From assembly GCA_951406725.2 (NCBI GenBank), contig OX597824.1, positions 24,428,001 to 24,492,000 of the forward strand: a stretch of 64,000 bases of DNA, written 5' to 3'. Under the pieces are notes generated by a model. It did not search any database and was not told the DNA's origin. It worked only from the letters and a program-made list of their open reading frames with translations. Positions 1 to 14,385 of the stretch are shown in pieces. This DNA comes from Octopus vulgaris (Eukaryota). The position numbers were made by a program, and so were the translations under genes. Each line of letters opens with the position of its first letter. Within the stretch, counting starts at the first letter, position 1.

Positions 1-487
1 GTGTAGGTGTGTGGATGATGGTGTGGGGCTGGGAAGTGGTCAGTGCTATCGTGTGCGTGGTGGAGTGATGTGATGTGGTGTTGTGTGGTATGGTGTGGTG
101 GTGTATGGTGTGGTGGTATGTGGTGTGATGTGATGGTGTTGGGATGTGGGGGAGGCGAGAATGAGGAAAGCAAGGGTGGGGTGTGGGTTAGGCTGGGGTG
201 GGGTATGTAGGTTAGGCTAAGGGTGGAGGTAGAGGTGGGGTATGTGGGAGTGGGTTAAGGGATGGAGTCCGGTTGTCATGGTAACAAGCTGCTAATGCCA
301 CGCTGTCTGTTGATTGGCTAAAATTACCCAAATTTCCCCAATAATTCCAAATAACAGATTCTTTAATTTACAAGATAAAGTAATTAGTTGATCGTAATCA
401 AAATTCAGAGTTGCATCGAAGCACCAAAACTGAAAGCAATCTGTGCAAAATTAAAGGGGGTTCATTTTGTGAGTGAAATTTACTCGA

Positions 488-559
488 GGTCTTATGGTGT
501 AATGGTTAGCACTCTGGACTTTGAATCCAGCGATCTGAGTTCAAATCTCGGTGTGACCT
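488..559 (+). tRNA. tRNA-Gln(TTG), near-intact, possibly weakened
   Basis: 72-nt GGTCTTATGGTGTAATGGTTAGCACTCTGGACTTTGAATCCAGCGATCTGAGTTCAAATCTCGGTGTGACCT. It folds as a cloverleaf with A and B boxes and a TTG anticodon. The acceptor stem has one T-T mismatch and one G-T pair. Confidence 0.9.
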
Positions 560-571
560 AACAATATTACA

Positions 572-578
572 TTTTTTT
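572..578 (+). terminator. Pol III terminator (T7) downstream of tRNA-Gln
   Basis: TTTTTTT 12 nt after the tRNA 3' end. Confidence 0.6.
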
Positions 579-579
579 A

Positions 580-970
580 GGCGCATGAGTGGTAAGATGT
601 TTGCTTCCCAACCACATGGCTCCGGGTTCAGTCATACTGCGTGGCACCTTGGGCAAGTGTCTTCTGCTATAGGTTCGGGCCAAACAAAGCCTTGTGAGTG
701 GATTTGGTAGACGAAAACTGAAAGAAGCCCGTCGTATATATATATATGTATGCATACGTCTGTTGTTTGTGTCTGTGTTTGTCCCCCCAACATCGTTTAA
801 CAACCGATGCTGGTGTTTCTACGTCCCCGTCACTTAGCGGTTCGGCAAAAAGAGACCGATGTAATACATACTAGGCTTACAAAGAATAAGTCCTGGGGTC
901 GATTTTATTCGACTAAAGGTGGTGCTCCAGCATGACCGCAGTCAAATGACTGAAACAAGTAAAAGAGTAA
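580..970 (+). mobile_element. tRNA-derived SINE family A (probably the octopus OK-type SINE)
   Basis: tRNA-like head (GGTTCCGGGTTCAGTC), internal (TA)n/(TG)n, tail GGCGGTGCTCCAGCATGGCCGCAGTCAAATGACTGAAAC(AAGTAAAAGAGT)n. Other copies or fragments lie at about 1925-2095(-), 5367-5498(+), 7045-7100(-), 10561-10735(+), 12575-12990(+), 17455-17720(-), 41480-41918(-), 61600-62095(+) and 62140-62356(+). Confidence 0.9.
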
Positions 971-1083
971 CTAGATCCTTTTTCTTTTTCTTTCTTGCGA
1001 GAGAAGAATGAATATATAGTGCGTGTGTTTATTTGATCAAAAAGAAATGACCGTCCCAAAATACAATATATATGTATGTATGT

Positions 1084-1868
1084 CAGGTCATTTTCGAGTG
1101 CAACTGGTAACATGTAACCCAGTACAACCTGTTGCATGGTCGGGTCGTCGGCGACTAAACCGGCAACCCCACCAAGCTTGCTTGGTGAGGAGGGTGTTTA
1201 TTTGTCACCCTGCAGGATGAAAAACAAAACCCGTCAAAGGGCGGAGGAACTATTGAGAGTCAACGGTCATTCAATAAATGTCTTAAGGCTGTATCATGCG
1301 CGGGGACATAGAAATAATCGGACTGAATATCCGATCGCGCGGTTAAACCATTGGGAGTGAAGGACTCCTAGCCTTTGTTAGGGCATCCTTCTAGAAGGTA
1401 ACTCAGGTAACTGGGATAACTCCGACATAAAATCTGCGGCTCAGTGGTTACCGATGATATTGACTTGTTCTTCTTTCCGGATTATGGCTACTGTTGCTTA
1501 GTGAGTGTGATTGACTCAGTGCACAGCCTTTCCTCACTTTAAAAAAATTCTTGCACAGGCATTGCAAGATAACAACATTGTTCATGATTGTTGATGGTGC
1601 TGTGAGTCTCAACTGAATGGCCGGCTGTAGCCTTAAAAAAGCAAATAAAAGTCACATTCGAACCCAGCACCAATAACAGTTAAGCTTCGTGCAATGGCCA
1701 TACTCGATAACGAGGGGGCAGCCATCATGTATGTAGTGAGCGGGATTGACTCAGTGCACAGCCTTTCCTCACTTTAAAAAAAATCTTCTTGCACAGGCAT
1801 TGCACGATAACAACATTGATTAAGTTTCGTGCAATGACCATACTCGATAACGAGGGGGCAACCATCAT
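1084..1868 (+). mobile_element. Non-coding retroposon resembling an RTE-clade 5' UTR, with (ATGT)n tail and partial tandem duplication
   Basis: Flanked by (TATG)n. 1501-1580 recurs at 1736-1818 and 1680-1734 recurs at 1820-1874. The GC-rich structured 5' region resembles RTE UTRs. Confidence 0.55.
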
Positions 1869-2342
1869 GTATGTATGTATGTATGTATGTATGTATGTAT
1901 GTATGTATGTATGTATGTATGTGTGTATGTATACGACGGGCTTCTTTCAGTTTCATTCTAACAAAAACATTCCAAATTCTAACTATAGCACGAGGTCATA
2001 GGTAGAATACACTAGCCTAAGATATGGCTCAACGGGATCAAACAGAAATCCAATGGGTTACATAGCGAGCTTCCTAACCACTTAAATCACGCCTACGTTT
2101 TTATCGAAGATTCTCACAAAACCAAGGTATTTACCCCGAACCAACTTTCAATCCACCCTTTTACTTTACTTATCAAGAAACTTCCTTGCTGTGTAGCAGA
2201 TCTGCTCAGTCTGTCAGCCTGTTACTTCCGTTGAAGTCAGCGGGTTGGGTGTTGTCGAAAAGAATTTCATCCTTTTTTTTTTGTTCGTTTTTGATTTTTG
2301 TTCTCTCCCTCCCTCTCTCTCTCCCTCCCTCTCTCTCTCCCT

Positions 2343-2380
<38 letters not shown>

Positions 2381-2675
2381 CTCTCTCGGGGGTTTATTAT
2401 CCTACTACTGCATATACTTTCTCAAAGATGCATATGAACTTTGTGAGAGATTGGGGTGAAATGGGTGACATGGTTTTCTGTATAGTTGATTGTCTGAGGT
2501 CTACTTCCGACTTCCGACTTTCTCTATCGTCGTACGTGTTATCATTTCTTTCGGCATTCTTTCGGTATGTTTATATATATATATATACATACATACACAC
2601 ACACATACACGCACACGCACATATACACACATACATAAATACATACATGTAAATTCATTTATACACACACACACT

Positions 2676-2739
<64 letters not shown>

Positions 2740-2924
2740 TACATGCATACATACATACACACAGGAAAATGTCAGTATGTTTACGCATATCAAACAGTAA
2801 TATCTTCAGGAGAGTGTATGTGTATATATATATAAAGGCACAAACGCGCAAAAATGTTAGTATGTATATTCATATCCATAGTAATATGTTCAGGCGTTAT
2901 ATATACATACGTATGATATATATT

Positions 2925-3004
<80 letters not shown>

Positions 3005-4291
3005 CGATATAGATAGAGATATAGATATGTATGAATATACATACATATACATGCATATAATTCATATATGTATGTAAGCACACACACACACACTTACACA
3101 CACTCACACACACATACACACACACACCTAGGCAAACAATGAATTGACTTTTGCTGACAAGAGAGCAGTCAACTGAAATTCCACAGAGTCCATTTGATAG
3201 TCACGTGTTGATCGTAAAGGGGTGTGGGGGTACATGGAGATAGTAGGGGTAGGGTAAGAGTGTTATGAGGGTGGAGAAAGTAATGCGATGACCCTCAGTG
3301 AAGAAGGAACGGACGGTTAGTCATAGGACAGAACAAAACATCTTTGAGGACCCGACGTTGTCTTCACATTCTTTGAATATCTTTTCCCCTTCTATAACGG
3401 ATGTTGTTTTTTCTGATTGACCTTGTTGCGGTTTAGTTGTGACAGCGGTGGCGACAGGGGGCGGCGATGGTGATAGTAGTGCTGGTAGTGATGGCGCTGG
3501 TGCTGCTGCTGGTGGTGTTGGTGGTGCCGCTGGTGGTGGTGTGGTGCTGGTGCTGGTGGTGGTGGTGGTGTTGGTGGCGTTGTTGGTGGTGCTAGTGAAC
3601 ATACTACTGTTGCTGCTGCCCGTGGCGGTGGTAATGATGCTTGTAGTGGCGGTAGTGGTTGTGGTGATTGTAGTAGTAGTAGTAGTAGTAATGATGGTGG
3701 TGGGGTTGTGTTGTTGTTGTTGTTGGTGGTGGTGATGGTGATGGAGGAGCCGATGATCATGACGATTGCGGTAATAGCAGCGGCGGTGTTGGGGATTGTG
3801 GTGAGGATTGCTAAGGGAGTCCACCAGAATAAAATAGTACTCATAGGGGTCCATAAATAAATTTTTAAAATGATTGAGAACCCCTACTCTAGATAGATGG
3901 TGGATTGTCAAATCAGTAACAATTTAACAGATGGCTGATCTAGTGTTAGAGAGAAAAATTTCTAAACACATCTTAAATATATCCATCTCTAGACTAACCA
4001 CTAAGCAAAATAAGCATGTGCTTAGGGCATCAAGAAATCACTTTAAACTTGCTATAATAATATTCGAAGTGGTTTATATGATCGGAAATATGATATCGAA
4101 ACAGCTGTAAGACTATATTTCGTTATATGCCTTGAAAACTCCTCATAGCCTTGGTTGGAAGTGTTCATAGTGTCATAGTGAGGATATGATCAAAAAGTAG
4201 TAGAAAGCTTTTCAAGTGTACAAAAATAAACATTATTTTCCATCTTACTCTTAGTTTTGTTTCTATCGTTTATTATCGTTTACATTTTGAA

Positions 4292-4663
4292 TCTCTCTCT
4301 ATATAAACGGCAGTTTGTCTGTCAGCGTGTCTGTGTGTCTGTTAGGTTGTACCCTCACCCTGACCACGGCTTTCAACCGGTTCTGATGAAACTTGACACA
4401 CACATAGCCCAATGTCATAATTCAAAACGCAGCGAAAAGTTGGAAAAGTTCCCCCAGTTCTGAAAAATATCGATAAATTCGACATGGGGTCGAGAATCAG
4501 AAACACAAACCACAGACTGTCTAGGGGACGCAACACGACCTTTTTAACTCTCAAAAAAAAAAATTTACCATCATTTTGTTTCCATTTTTTGGCTATAACT
4601 CTCTAAAAATGCTTTATAGTGATTTCCCTTACAAACCCGAGCAACGCCGGGCGATACTGCTAG
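4292..4663 (+). mobile_element. Non-autonomous Helitron-like element
   Basis: 5' TC, 3' hairpin CCCGAGCAACGCCGGG followed by CTAG, inserted between A and T with no TSD. A close copy lies at 28219-28599(-). Confidence 0.8.
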
Positions 4664-5127
4664 TTACATATATATGGGAGCACCAAAAATTTTCTAAGTG
4701 TTTAAAGCCTCTCCGAGTTTTAATCCGGCTCTGAGTGTACCAAGGAAAAAAATTTCGTCGCGCTATCAAAATTCGTTTAGGAAATAGCTACACAGAGGAT
4801 ATAGATATAAAATACCATATGAATGATTGTTTTGTTCTTAATTGCGAGGGAAATGCCCTTTTGGCAGTTTGGACAGCCTGAGAAATCACCAAAAACAATT
4901 AATTGTTACTGGTGTGTTTTATGAGGCAGTATACTTATATTTTATGTTGGTGGGACATATTTTTCCTTGCACTGTTTTCCCATAATGGAGACTTACGTCG
5001 CAGTCGTGAAGTATTTAGAATTGTTTGTAAGTAAATGAAAGACGAGCATTTTTCGCGTCGTACACCTTGTTAAACTGTTAAATGAATGAAACTGCACTCT
5101 CTTGAAGACATATAAAATTTTTATAGT

Positions 5128-5178
<51 letters not shown>

Positions 5179-5516
5179 CACACATGCACACACACACACA
5201 CACACACACTCCATATATTTTCCTCAATATTCTCTTTTATTCTATTACATGTTTTACATGTTTCAACCAATGTGACTGCGGCCATGCTGGAGCATTGCTT
5301 TGAAACATTTCGTCGATAAAATCAATCCTCAGCAAAAAGCGGAACAGAAAAGAATAAATAAATAAACAGGAGTGGCTGTGTGGTAAAAAGCTTACTTAAC
5401 AACCATATGGTTTGGGGTTCAGTCCCACCACGAGACACTTTAGGCAAGTATCTTCTACTGTAACCGCGGTCCTTGTGAGTGGATTTGGTAGACGGAAGAT
5501 ATATATATATATATGA

Positions 5517-5548
<32 letters not shown>

Positions 5549-5552
5549 GTGA

Positions 5553-5586
<34 letters not shown>

Positions 5587-5600
5587 ATATATATATACAC

Positions 5601-5651
<51 letters not shown>

Positions 5652-5659
5652 CATATATC

Positions 5660-5860
5660 TTAGACAAAAACGGATAACAAAACTAAGACTAAATATAGTC
5701 TTACAGCTGTTTCTGGAGTATTATGGATATCCTTTTATCATAGACGATGTGAGAGAGGTAAATGTCTGAGATAGAAGTAAGGAATTATTTTGGAAAAGGA
5801 GATAGGAAAAAGAGAGGGAAATAAATGAATAAAAGTAGAAATAACTTATAAAATATTGTA
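5660..5860 (-). mobile_element. Penelope-like pLTR remnant with degenerate hammerhead (5698-5745)
   Basis: Minus strand reads GTCT-ATGATAA-...-GAAAC-AGCT-GTA-AGAC, flanked by (TA)n. Confidence 0.45.
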
Positions 5861-5870
5861 TATATGTATA

Positions 5871-6016
5871 TCGAACTCTCTCATGCACCAAATGGCAGTT
5901 GTTAAAAAGCATTCGTGAGGTAAAATCATGTAGCAAACCAAATGGCGGTGCCCCAGTATGGCCACAGCTCATGAGCTGAAACTGGAAAAATCAAAAATCA
6001 AAATCATATCAAAATC
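5871..6016 (+). mobile_element. 5'-truncated 3' end of the CR1-like LINE
   Basis: Aligns with 48393-48532, including the CAGCTC-AT-GAGCTG hairpin and the (AAAATC)n tail. Confidence 0.85.
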
Positions 6017-6020
6017 ACAC

Positions 6021-6116
<96 letters not shown>

Positions 6117-6239
6117 ACACACACACATATATGTAAATATATATATATATATATTTACAGGAGTTATTATAAATATGTTTATATATGTATGCATGAATGT
6201 ATGTATGGTTTGTATGTAAGTATGTGTCTATATATTATA

Positions 6240-6425
6240 ATGCAGAAGAATTCACAAAAAAAAACAAGAGACGAAGACAGGTGGTGTAGACAATAAACAG
6301 ATGTATAAGTATAACGCTCAGGAATAGAAAAAGTCTTTAACGTTTCGAGCCTACGCTCTTCCACAGAAAGGAACACAGAAAGAAACAAGGAGAGAAAATA
6401 AAGAATGTGTAGTGGCTGGCGATGC
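6240..6425 (-). mobile_element. Penelope-like pLTR-derived element (family P2) with minimal hammerhead-like motif at 6335-6370
   Basis: CTTT-CTGTGGA-AGAGC-GTAG-GCTC-GAAACGTT-AAAG. A related copy lies at 46058-46250. Confidence 0.6.
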
Positions 6426-6514
<89 letters not shown>

Positions 6515-7118
6515 GGACAGACAGAGATAAATATGCATGTATATTAGTGTATGTATGTATGTATGTATGTATGTATGTATGTATGTATGTGTGTATGTAT
6601 GTATCCGGCGTGACATTCTTTTTATCCAACAAGGAACTCTTATCAGACTGGACCGAAGAATGTCGTGACGTCATGAGGGCAATCATCTTTTGCTAAATGA
6701 CATAAAGTCTTGTTTGTTTTTTCTGTTGTTGCTTATCGCCAGTATAGCAGCACTGTTTGCCGCAAGTATGTGTGTGTGTGTATAAAGGCTGCGAATGTAT
6801 TATTGGTGTGTATGTGTGTATGTGTGTGTGTGTGTGAATGGGTGTGAATGTATTTAATGCGAGTTAAGACTCAGTCTATGTACACAATAACACAATATAT
6901 CAGAAGATACTGAAAACAATAAACGAGTGTTATTTTGATTTCCTTAAGATGTCTTATCTCTCTCTGACCCGGAATTTCTCATATTTGTGCGCGCGCGCGT
7001 GTGTGTGTGTGTGTGTATACGTATATATATTTGAGTGTTCTTTTAACTTTTACTTGTTTCAGTCTTTTGACGGCGGCCATGCTGGAGCACCGCCTTGAGC
7101 ACAGCCACGCCTATATAT

Positions 7119-7174
<56 letters not shown>

Positions 7175-7388
7175 CTATATATGTGTGTATGTGGATATGT
7201 ACATTTATATATATATATGTATGTTTGTATATATATATATATATATATATAAATCAGCCGAAATTGCGAAGATGATCCGGTTTTTGACTGAAGATCGAAG
7301 GCTTCAAATGTCCCGTCCGTTTTTTTTTTGTATCGTCTTCTAAATGTTTTGCGTTCTTGTCCCAGTTTGTGTTTTTTTTACATTTATC

Positions 7389-7467
<79 letters not shown>

Positions 7468-7816
7468 TAGATATAGATATGTATATATATACATATGTAC
7501 GCACATACACACACGCACACAAACATACTCTGTAATCCACTATAAAATGTTAAATAATGTATAAAACTTCTAAATATATCAATATAATGTTGGTGTAAGG
7601 CAGTATTTCGTCTGTCTTTACTTTCTGAGTTCAAATTCCGCCGAGTTCTAGTTTGCCTTTCATCCTTTCGGGGTTGATAAATTAAGTACCAGTGGCAAGT
7701 AATTGGGTGGAAGGGGAAAATGTGTCTGGGCATTTGGAAGGAATGATGTGTGTCTATAAGTGAACAGGTATGTGTGTGTGTGTTTGTGAGTGTGTATGCG
7801 TGTGTGTATGCGTGCG

Positions 7817-7853
<37 letters not shown>

Positions 7854-7859
7854 AAAATG

Positions 7860-8330
7860 GGGAAGGCCGGTTTATAGGATTACCTTAGGTTTCTTGTCCA
7901 TAAAGGGTTTAGCTTTATGGCATATTGTCAGATCCCAACACCAGGGCTTTTTAAGAATATGGAGGATGTGCCGCCATATTATTGGCTCCAAAAGGCTAGC
8001 AGGGACCTCCTGAAATATAAACATGGCCCGAAAATCTCCTTTCTGGAATTAACGATGTTCCCTGGTTCGAGGGAGTATTCTCGAGGGAGTATTCTCACCC
8101 GTTCAGCTATGCATAATTTGCATCGGTTTGTCCCGTTAATGTAAGGGCCTGCGTTTTCAAGGATTTTCCATGAGATCGAGTATGGAATCCCACCGTCTCT
8201 CAATTGCCATACATGGCTGGCTAATAATGTTACGTGTCTCCTTTCCGGAACTCTGAAGGAAGCACTGGAGTCGGAGAGACGCTGCTTCAATGAGTTTCCG
8301 GAATATCCGATGCATCTCCGTGGGTGTCGG
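7860..8330 (-). pseudogene. Penelope-like element GIY-YIG endonuclease fragment
   Basis: ORF 7979-8509 C-terminal part CIGYSGNSLKQRL...SFR...LASHVWQLRD...ISWKIL..A.PY.NG..RCKLCIAE...VNSRKEIFGPC matches the PLE GIY-YIG pattern with a CxxC motif. No RT domain is present. Confidence 0.8.
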
Positions 8331-9194
8331 CGTTGCGTCTGTATCTTGCTGGTGTTGCTGTTGTTGCTGCCGTCGTCATCGTTGTTGTTGGAGCTAGGAT
8401 TGCTGGTGTTGGTGTCGCTGGTGGTGGTGGTGGTGGTGGTGTTAGTGGTGGTGGTGGTGGTGGTGGTGGTTGTGGCTTTGGTGGTTGGCGACAGTAATGG
8501 TATTGCCACTGCCGAATTTATGTCTTTTTATGCATTTGATATGTACTGCAGTTATTTCCCCTGATGAAGTGATTCCCGCTATTATCTATGGGCCAGACAG
8601 GATGAAAACTCACAGGTTCCTTATATAATATATTCTCTGTAGAGTCTTTCGTTAAGAAATACATATATCCTAGCATGTTGTAAATATTACTCTGAACATA
8701 GGTCTATACAATTCAATACATACATACACACATACATACACACATACATACATACATACATACAGACATACATACATACATACATACATACATACATACA
8801 ATCATACATACATACATACATACATTCATACATGCATGCATGCATGCATACATACATGCATGCATGCATTCATACATACATACGTACGTAAATACAAACA
8901 TACGTACATGCATACATACATACATACATACGTACATACAAACATACATACATACATACATACATACATAGATACACACCTACATACATGAGTGCATGCA
9001 TACTCTAGCACACTAACATACACACGTATATTTGTCTCTATTTTATATAATATATAGTATAATGCATTATGTAATATGTATATATATTGCGTAATATTAA
9101 ATATATATACATATATATATTGTATAATGGGTATGCGTATTATGCCTAACAATATATCTGTGTGTGTAAATATACATGTGTGTGTGTGTGTGTA

Positions 9195-9231
<37 letters not shown>

Positions 9232-9354
9232 GCACACATGCACGCACATGCACTTATACACACGCGTGCACTACGCCTATGGGCGTTTCCGTGTCTGTAT
9301 TTTCACCCTTAGTATCTTGTCTCTCATAGTGTCTAATGCATAGTATATATGTAC

Positions 9355-9480
<126 letters not shown>

Positions 9481-9505
9481 TATATATATATATATATATA
9501 AGTAA

Positions 9506-9567
<62 letters not shown>

Positions 9568-9961
9568 GTACATGAACATATACATATATATGTAATTGTG
9601 TATATTTGTATGTATATATATGTGTGTGATGTGTTTGTGTGTACATGTGTATATAATTGTGTGTGTGTGTGTGAACATGTGTATATAAACATAAGACAGT
9701 TGTTGAATACTTTCTATTTTATTTTCGACAACACATAAAGAAGAGTTGATGATTTTTAGAGAATTCCTAAGCAGGAATTTCGTATTTGGGTTGACTGTGG
9801 TCAAGTAAACAAATGCTGTTTGTACAGACCCAAACAACAAATAGCTTGTCTGGCTCTTTGAGCGGCAATGAAATTATGTGTGTGCGCATGCGTAAGTGTA
9901 TATATGTATGTATATATATGTATATATAAGTGTATATATAAGTGTATATATGTATGTATAT

Positions 9962-10335
9962 AGGCGCAGGAGTGGCTGTGTGGTAAGTAGCTTGCTAACC
10001 AACCACACGGTTGCGGGTTCAGTCCCACTGCGTGGCATCTTGGGTAAGTGTCTTCTACTATAGCCCCGGGCCGACCAATGCCTTGTGAGTGGATTTGGTA
10101 GACGGAAACTGAAAGAAGCCTGTCGTATATATGTATATATATGTATATGTGTGTCTGTGTTTGTGTGTCTGTGTTTGTCACCCTAGCATTGCTTGACAAC
10201 CGATGCTGATGTGTTTACGTCCCCGTCACTTAGCGGTTCGGCAAAAAGAGACCGATAGAATAAGTACTAAAAGGTGGTGCTCCAGCATGGCCGCAGTCAA
10301 ATGACTGAAACAAGTAAAAGAGTAAAGAGTAAGAG
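9962..10335 (+). mobile_element. SINE family A (internally deleted)
   Basis: Full head and tail, lacking about 45 nt before the tail. Confidence 0.9.
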
Positions 10336-10733
10336 TATATGTGTTTGCGTAGTCGGGAAGTGTATGTGTGTGCTGATGTTTGTGGGTGTGTATGAATGTT
10401 TAGTTCTAATAGCAGTGTGTACACACACGTGTATGGATGCAAGTGGTCCTATATATTCACGTGCTCTGCCTTCACGTACACGTACGTGTCTGTATGTATG
10501 TATGTGTTTATTTGCGTGTGTGTGTGTGTGTGTGTGTGTGTGAGTGCATGTCGAAGTGTTAGGTGCAAGCGTGGCCGTGTGGTTGGGAAGAACACATGTG
10601 CTTCCCAAGCTTATGGTCTTGGTCCAATCCCACTTCGGGGCACCTTGGGCAAGTGTTTTTAATATAGCTCCGAGTGGACCAAAGCCTTATGAGTGGATTT
10701 ACTTGATGGAAACTAAAAGAAGCCCACCATATT

Positions 10734-10800
<67 letters not shown>

Positions 10801-10809
<9 letters not shown>

Positions 10810-11085
10810 TAGAAAGAAACCACCTTTTATCAATATACATTTTTATTATTTTTGTAATTTACTTAATCTTTACTTTTTATTATCATTTTAATTTTAACTT
10901 TTCTATTATATGTAATTTTCTAGATAGTGTAATTTAATTATTCATTTTGAATTGATAAAAGGTGGTTTCTTTCTAATATTTTATATATATATATTATATT
11001 GTGTGGAATTTGATTTAGTATTTCTAAATTGAATTCTTTTTCCTTGTAAGTTTCGGATTTTATTCCCTCAAATAATAATAATTAT
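10801..11085. repeat. Fold-back insert in (TA)n: 34-bp inverted repeat plus unpaired tail
   Basis: Arms 10801-10834 and 10951-10984 are perfect reverse complements, with (TA)n on both sides. Confidence 0.8.
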
Positions 11086-11092
11086 ACATATA

Positions 11093-11158
<66 letters not shown>

Positions 11159-11173
11159 TAAATATAAATATAA

Positions 11174-11217
<44 letters not shown>

Positions 11218-11479
11218 ACATAAATATATTATAATGCGGGTGTTCTTCTTTTAAATTCAGAGGAGAAACACTCTCAGATGTTTAGCGGTTAATATTATAA
11301 ACCGGCTCTCCCTATTATTCACTGCTCTACATCTCAGAGTGTGCTTATAAATTCCTCACTTAAAAGAACAAGCACTGCTGTCGCCAAATCCTTGAAAGCG
11401 ATCCCTCAACATGGCTGCAGTCCAAAGAATGAAAAAAGGTCGGAAAAAGTGTATAAGAAGTACGTGTTTTTAAGTATCT

Positions 11480-11600
11480 CTTGAAAGATGGCTGCCCATT
11501 TTCCTCCACAGTGAAAATCTGGTAATGTTGCGGTGACAGATGAACTCAGGTCAGGAATGCCAACTTCTGCGATGATAGAGGACAAAGCTGTGCAGCCATT
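11480..11600 (+). pseudogene. Degenerate mariner transposase HTH fragment
   Basis: GNVAVTDELRSGMPTSA resembles the mariner G..S..DE.RSGRP motif. Confidence 0.45.
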
Positions 11601-11718
11601 GAAACCAAGGAGTTGTGTCCTGAAAAGCATTGTCTTGTATATATGTTATGTATTTGCATATCTGAAAGTGTGTATGGGTCGGTGTGTAAACACACACATA
11701 CATATATATACATATATA

Positions 11719-11764
<46 letters not shown>

Positions 11765-11767
<3 letters not shown>

Positions 11768-12532
11768 TGGACTAGCAACTAAGTTCCTGCCATTTTTTAA
11801 ATTTAAATTACTTGAAAGGTTTAATAAAAAAGAAATAACAACTAATTAATCAATAATGTATTCACTCTTGTTGTTTACAACTTCTTCCCAACGTTCAACA
11901 AGATTTTCATTACCTCGTTGGTAGAAATCACCCGATTTCGACTCGAAAAAATGATCCAACCAAGCTCTCAATTCTGCATTAGTACTGAACGAAACTCCGC
12001 GCATAGCATTTGAAAGAGATCGAAAGAGGTGGAAATCCGTTGGTGCCAAATCAGGAGAGTACGGCGGGTGTAGCAGCAGTTCCCAGCCCTGCGTTTGAAT
12101 GGCTTCCTTGGTCATATTGGCGATATGGGGGCGGGTGTTGTCGTGCAGCAGAAGAACTCCATGCTGCCGATTAGGTCTTTTTTCTTGAATAGCCGTCTTG
12201 AGTCGTTCCATCTGTTGAACATAGAGTTCAGCGTTGACCGTTTGGTTCCGTTCAAGCAATTCGTAATGGATAATCTCTTTTGCGGCCTTAGAACCTTGAT
12301 TAAAAGCAAAAAGAACGAGGTGTCGAAAATGCTCGTATTTCTTAACTTGACATTCCATTTTAATGATCTGAAAATAAACAAAAATTAAGTAAAATTAACT
12401 AGAAAAATAAACAAAATTGATTCCAAAATTATTCAAAAATAGAATTCTCGAAAAAAATAAATTCCAAAAATAAAAAAAAAAACAATAAATTCCAAATTTT
12501 TTTTTAAATAGCGGGAACTTAGTTGCCAACCG

Positions 12533-12538
<6 letters not shown>
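11765..12538 (-). mobile_element. Internally deleted mariner (DD34D) element
   Basis: Imperfect TIRs (TTGGACTAGCAACTAAGTTCC / GGAACTTAGTTGCCAACCGAA) in TA context. ORF 11846-12358 fuses the N-terminus to LLHDN.RPH...HPPYSPDLAPTDFHLF. Confidence 0.92.
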
Positions 12539-12576
<38 letters not shown>

Positions 12577-12690
12577 CACATGGTTCCGGGTTCAGTCCCA
12601 CTGCGTGGCACCTTGGTAAGTGTTTTCTGCTATAGCCTCGGACCGACCAATGCCTTGTGAGTGGATTTCGTAGACAGAAACAGCAGAAAC

Positions 12691-12788
<98 letters not shown>

Positions 12789-12995
12789 TTGGTTGTCTGT
12801 ATTTGTCCCCCTACCAATACGTCACAACAAATGTTGGTGTGTTTATGTCCCCGTAACTTAGCGATTCGGCAAAAATGACCGATAGAATTATTACTGGGCT
12901 TACAAAGAATAAGTTCTGGGTCGATTTGTTCGACTAAAGGTGTGCTCCAGCATGGCTGCAGTCTAATGACTAGAACACGTAAGAGAATAAAAGAA

Positions 12996-13176
<181 letters not shown>

Positions 13177-13665
13177 GTTCTTTTATTTTTTTACTTTGAA
13201 CACAGAACGCAAAGACGGGCGAAATGCCGCTAAGCATTTTGTCCACCAGCTCGCTACCTTAGCTATGATAATAATGATCCTTTCTACTAAAAGCACAAGA
13301 CCTTAAATTTGGGGAAAGGCATAGTCGATTATATGGAGCCCAGAGCTCATAAAGCACTTATTTTATAGATTCCAAAAAGATAAAATGCAAAGTCGACCTC
13401 GGTGGAATTTGAACTTAGAATGTAAAGACGGACTGGCCCGGCGTGCTAACGATTCTGCCAGCTCGCCGCCTCAGGTTTCAAATTTTGGCACAAGGCTAGC
13501 AATTTCGGGAAAGTGGGGAAATCGATTACATCGACCCCTGTGCTCAACTGGTACTTTTTATTTATCGACCCCTGAAAGGATGAAAGGTAAAATTGAACAT
13601 AGAGACGGACGAAATACCGCTAAGTATTTTATCCGGCGTGCTAAAGATTCTGCCAACTCGCCGCC

Positions 13666-14385
<720 letters not shown>

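Noticed and set aside
3321-3911. 196-aa Thr/Pro/His-rich ORF resembling a mucin or transcription factor
   Set aside because: It is (GGT/GTT)n low-complexity DNA open in several frames, and it starts inside a MITE end.
4383-4395. CTGATGAAAC in the Helitron as a hammerhead core
   Set aside because: There is no stem II between CTGATGA and GAAAC and no flanking stems.
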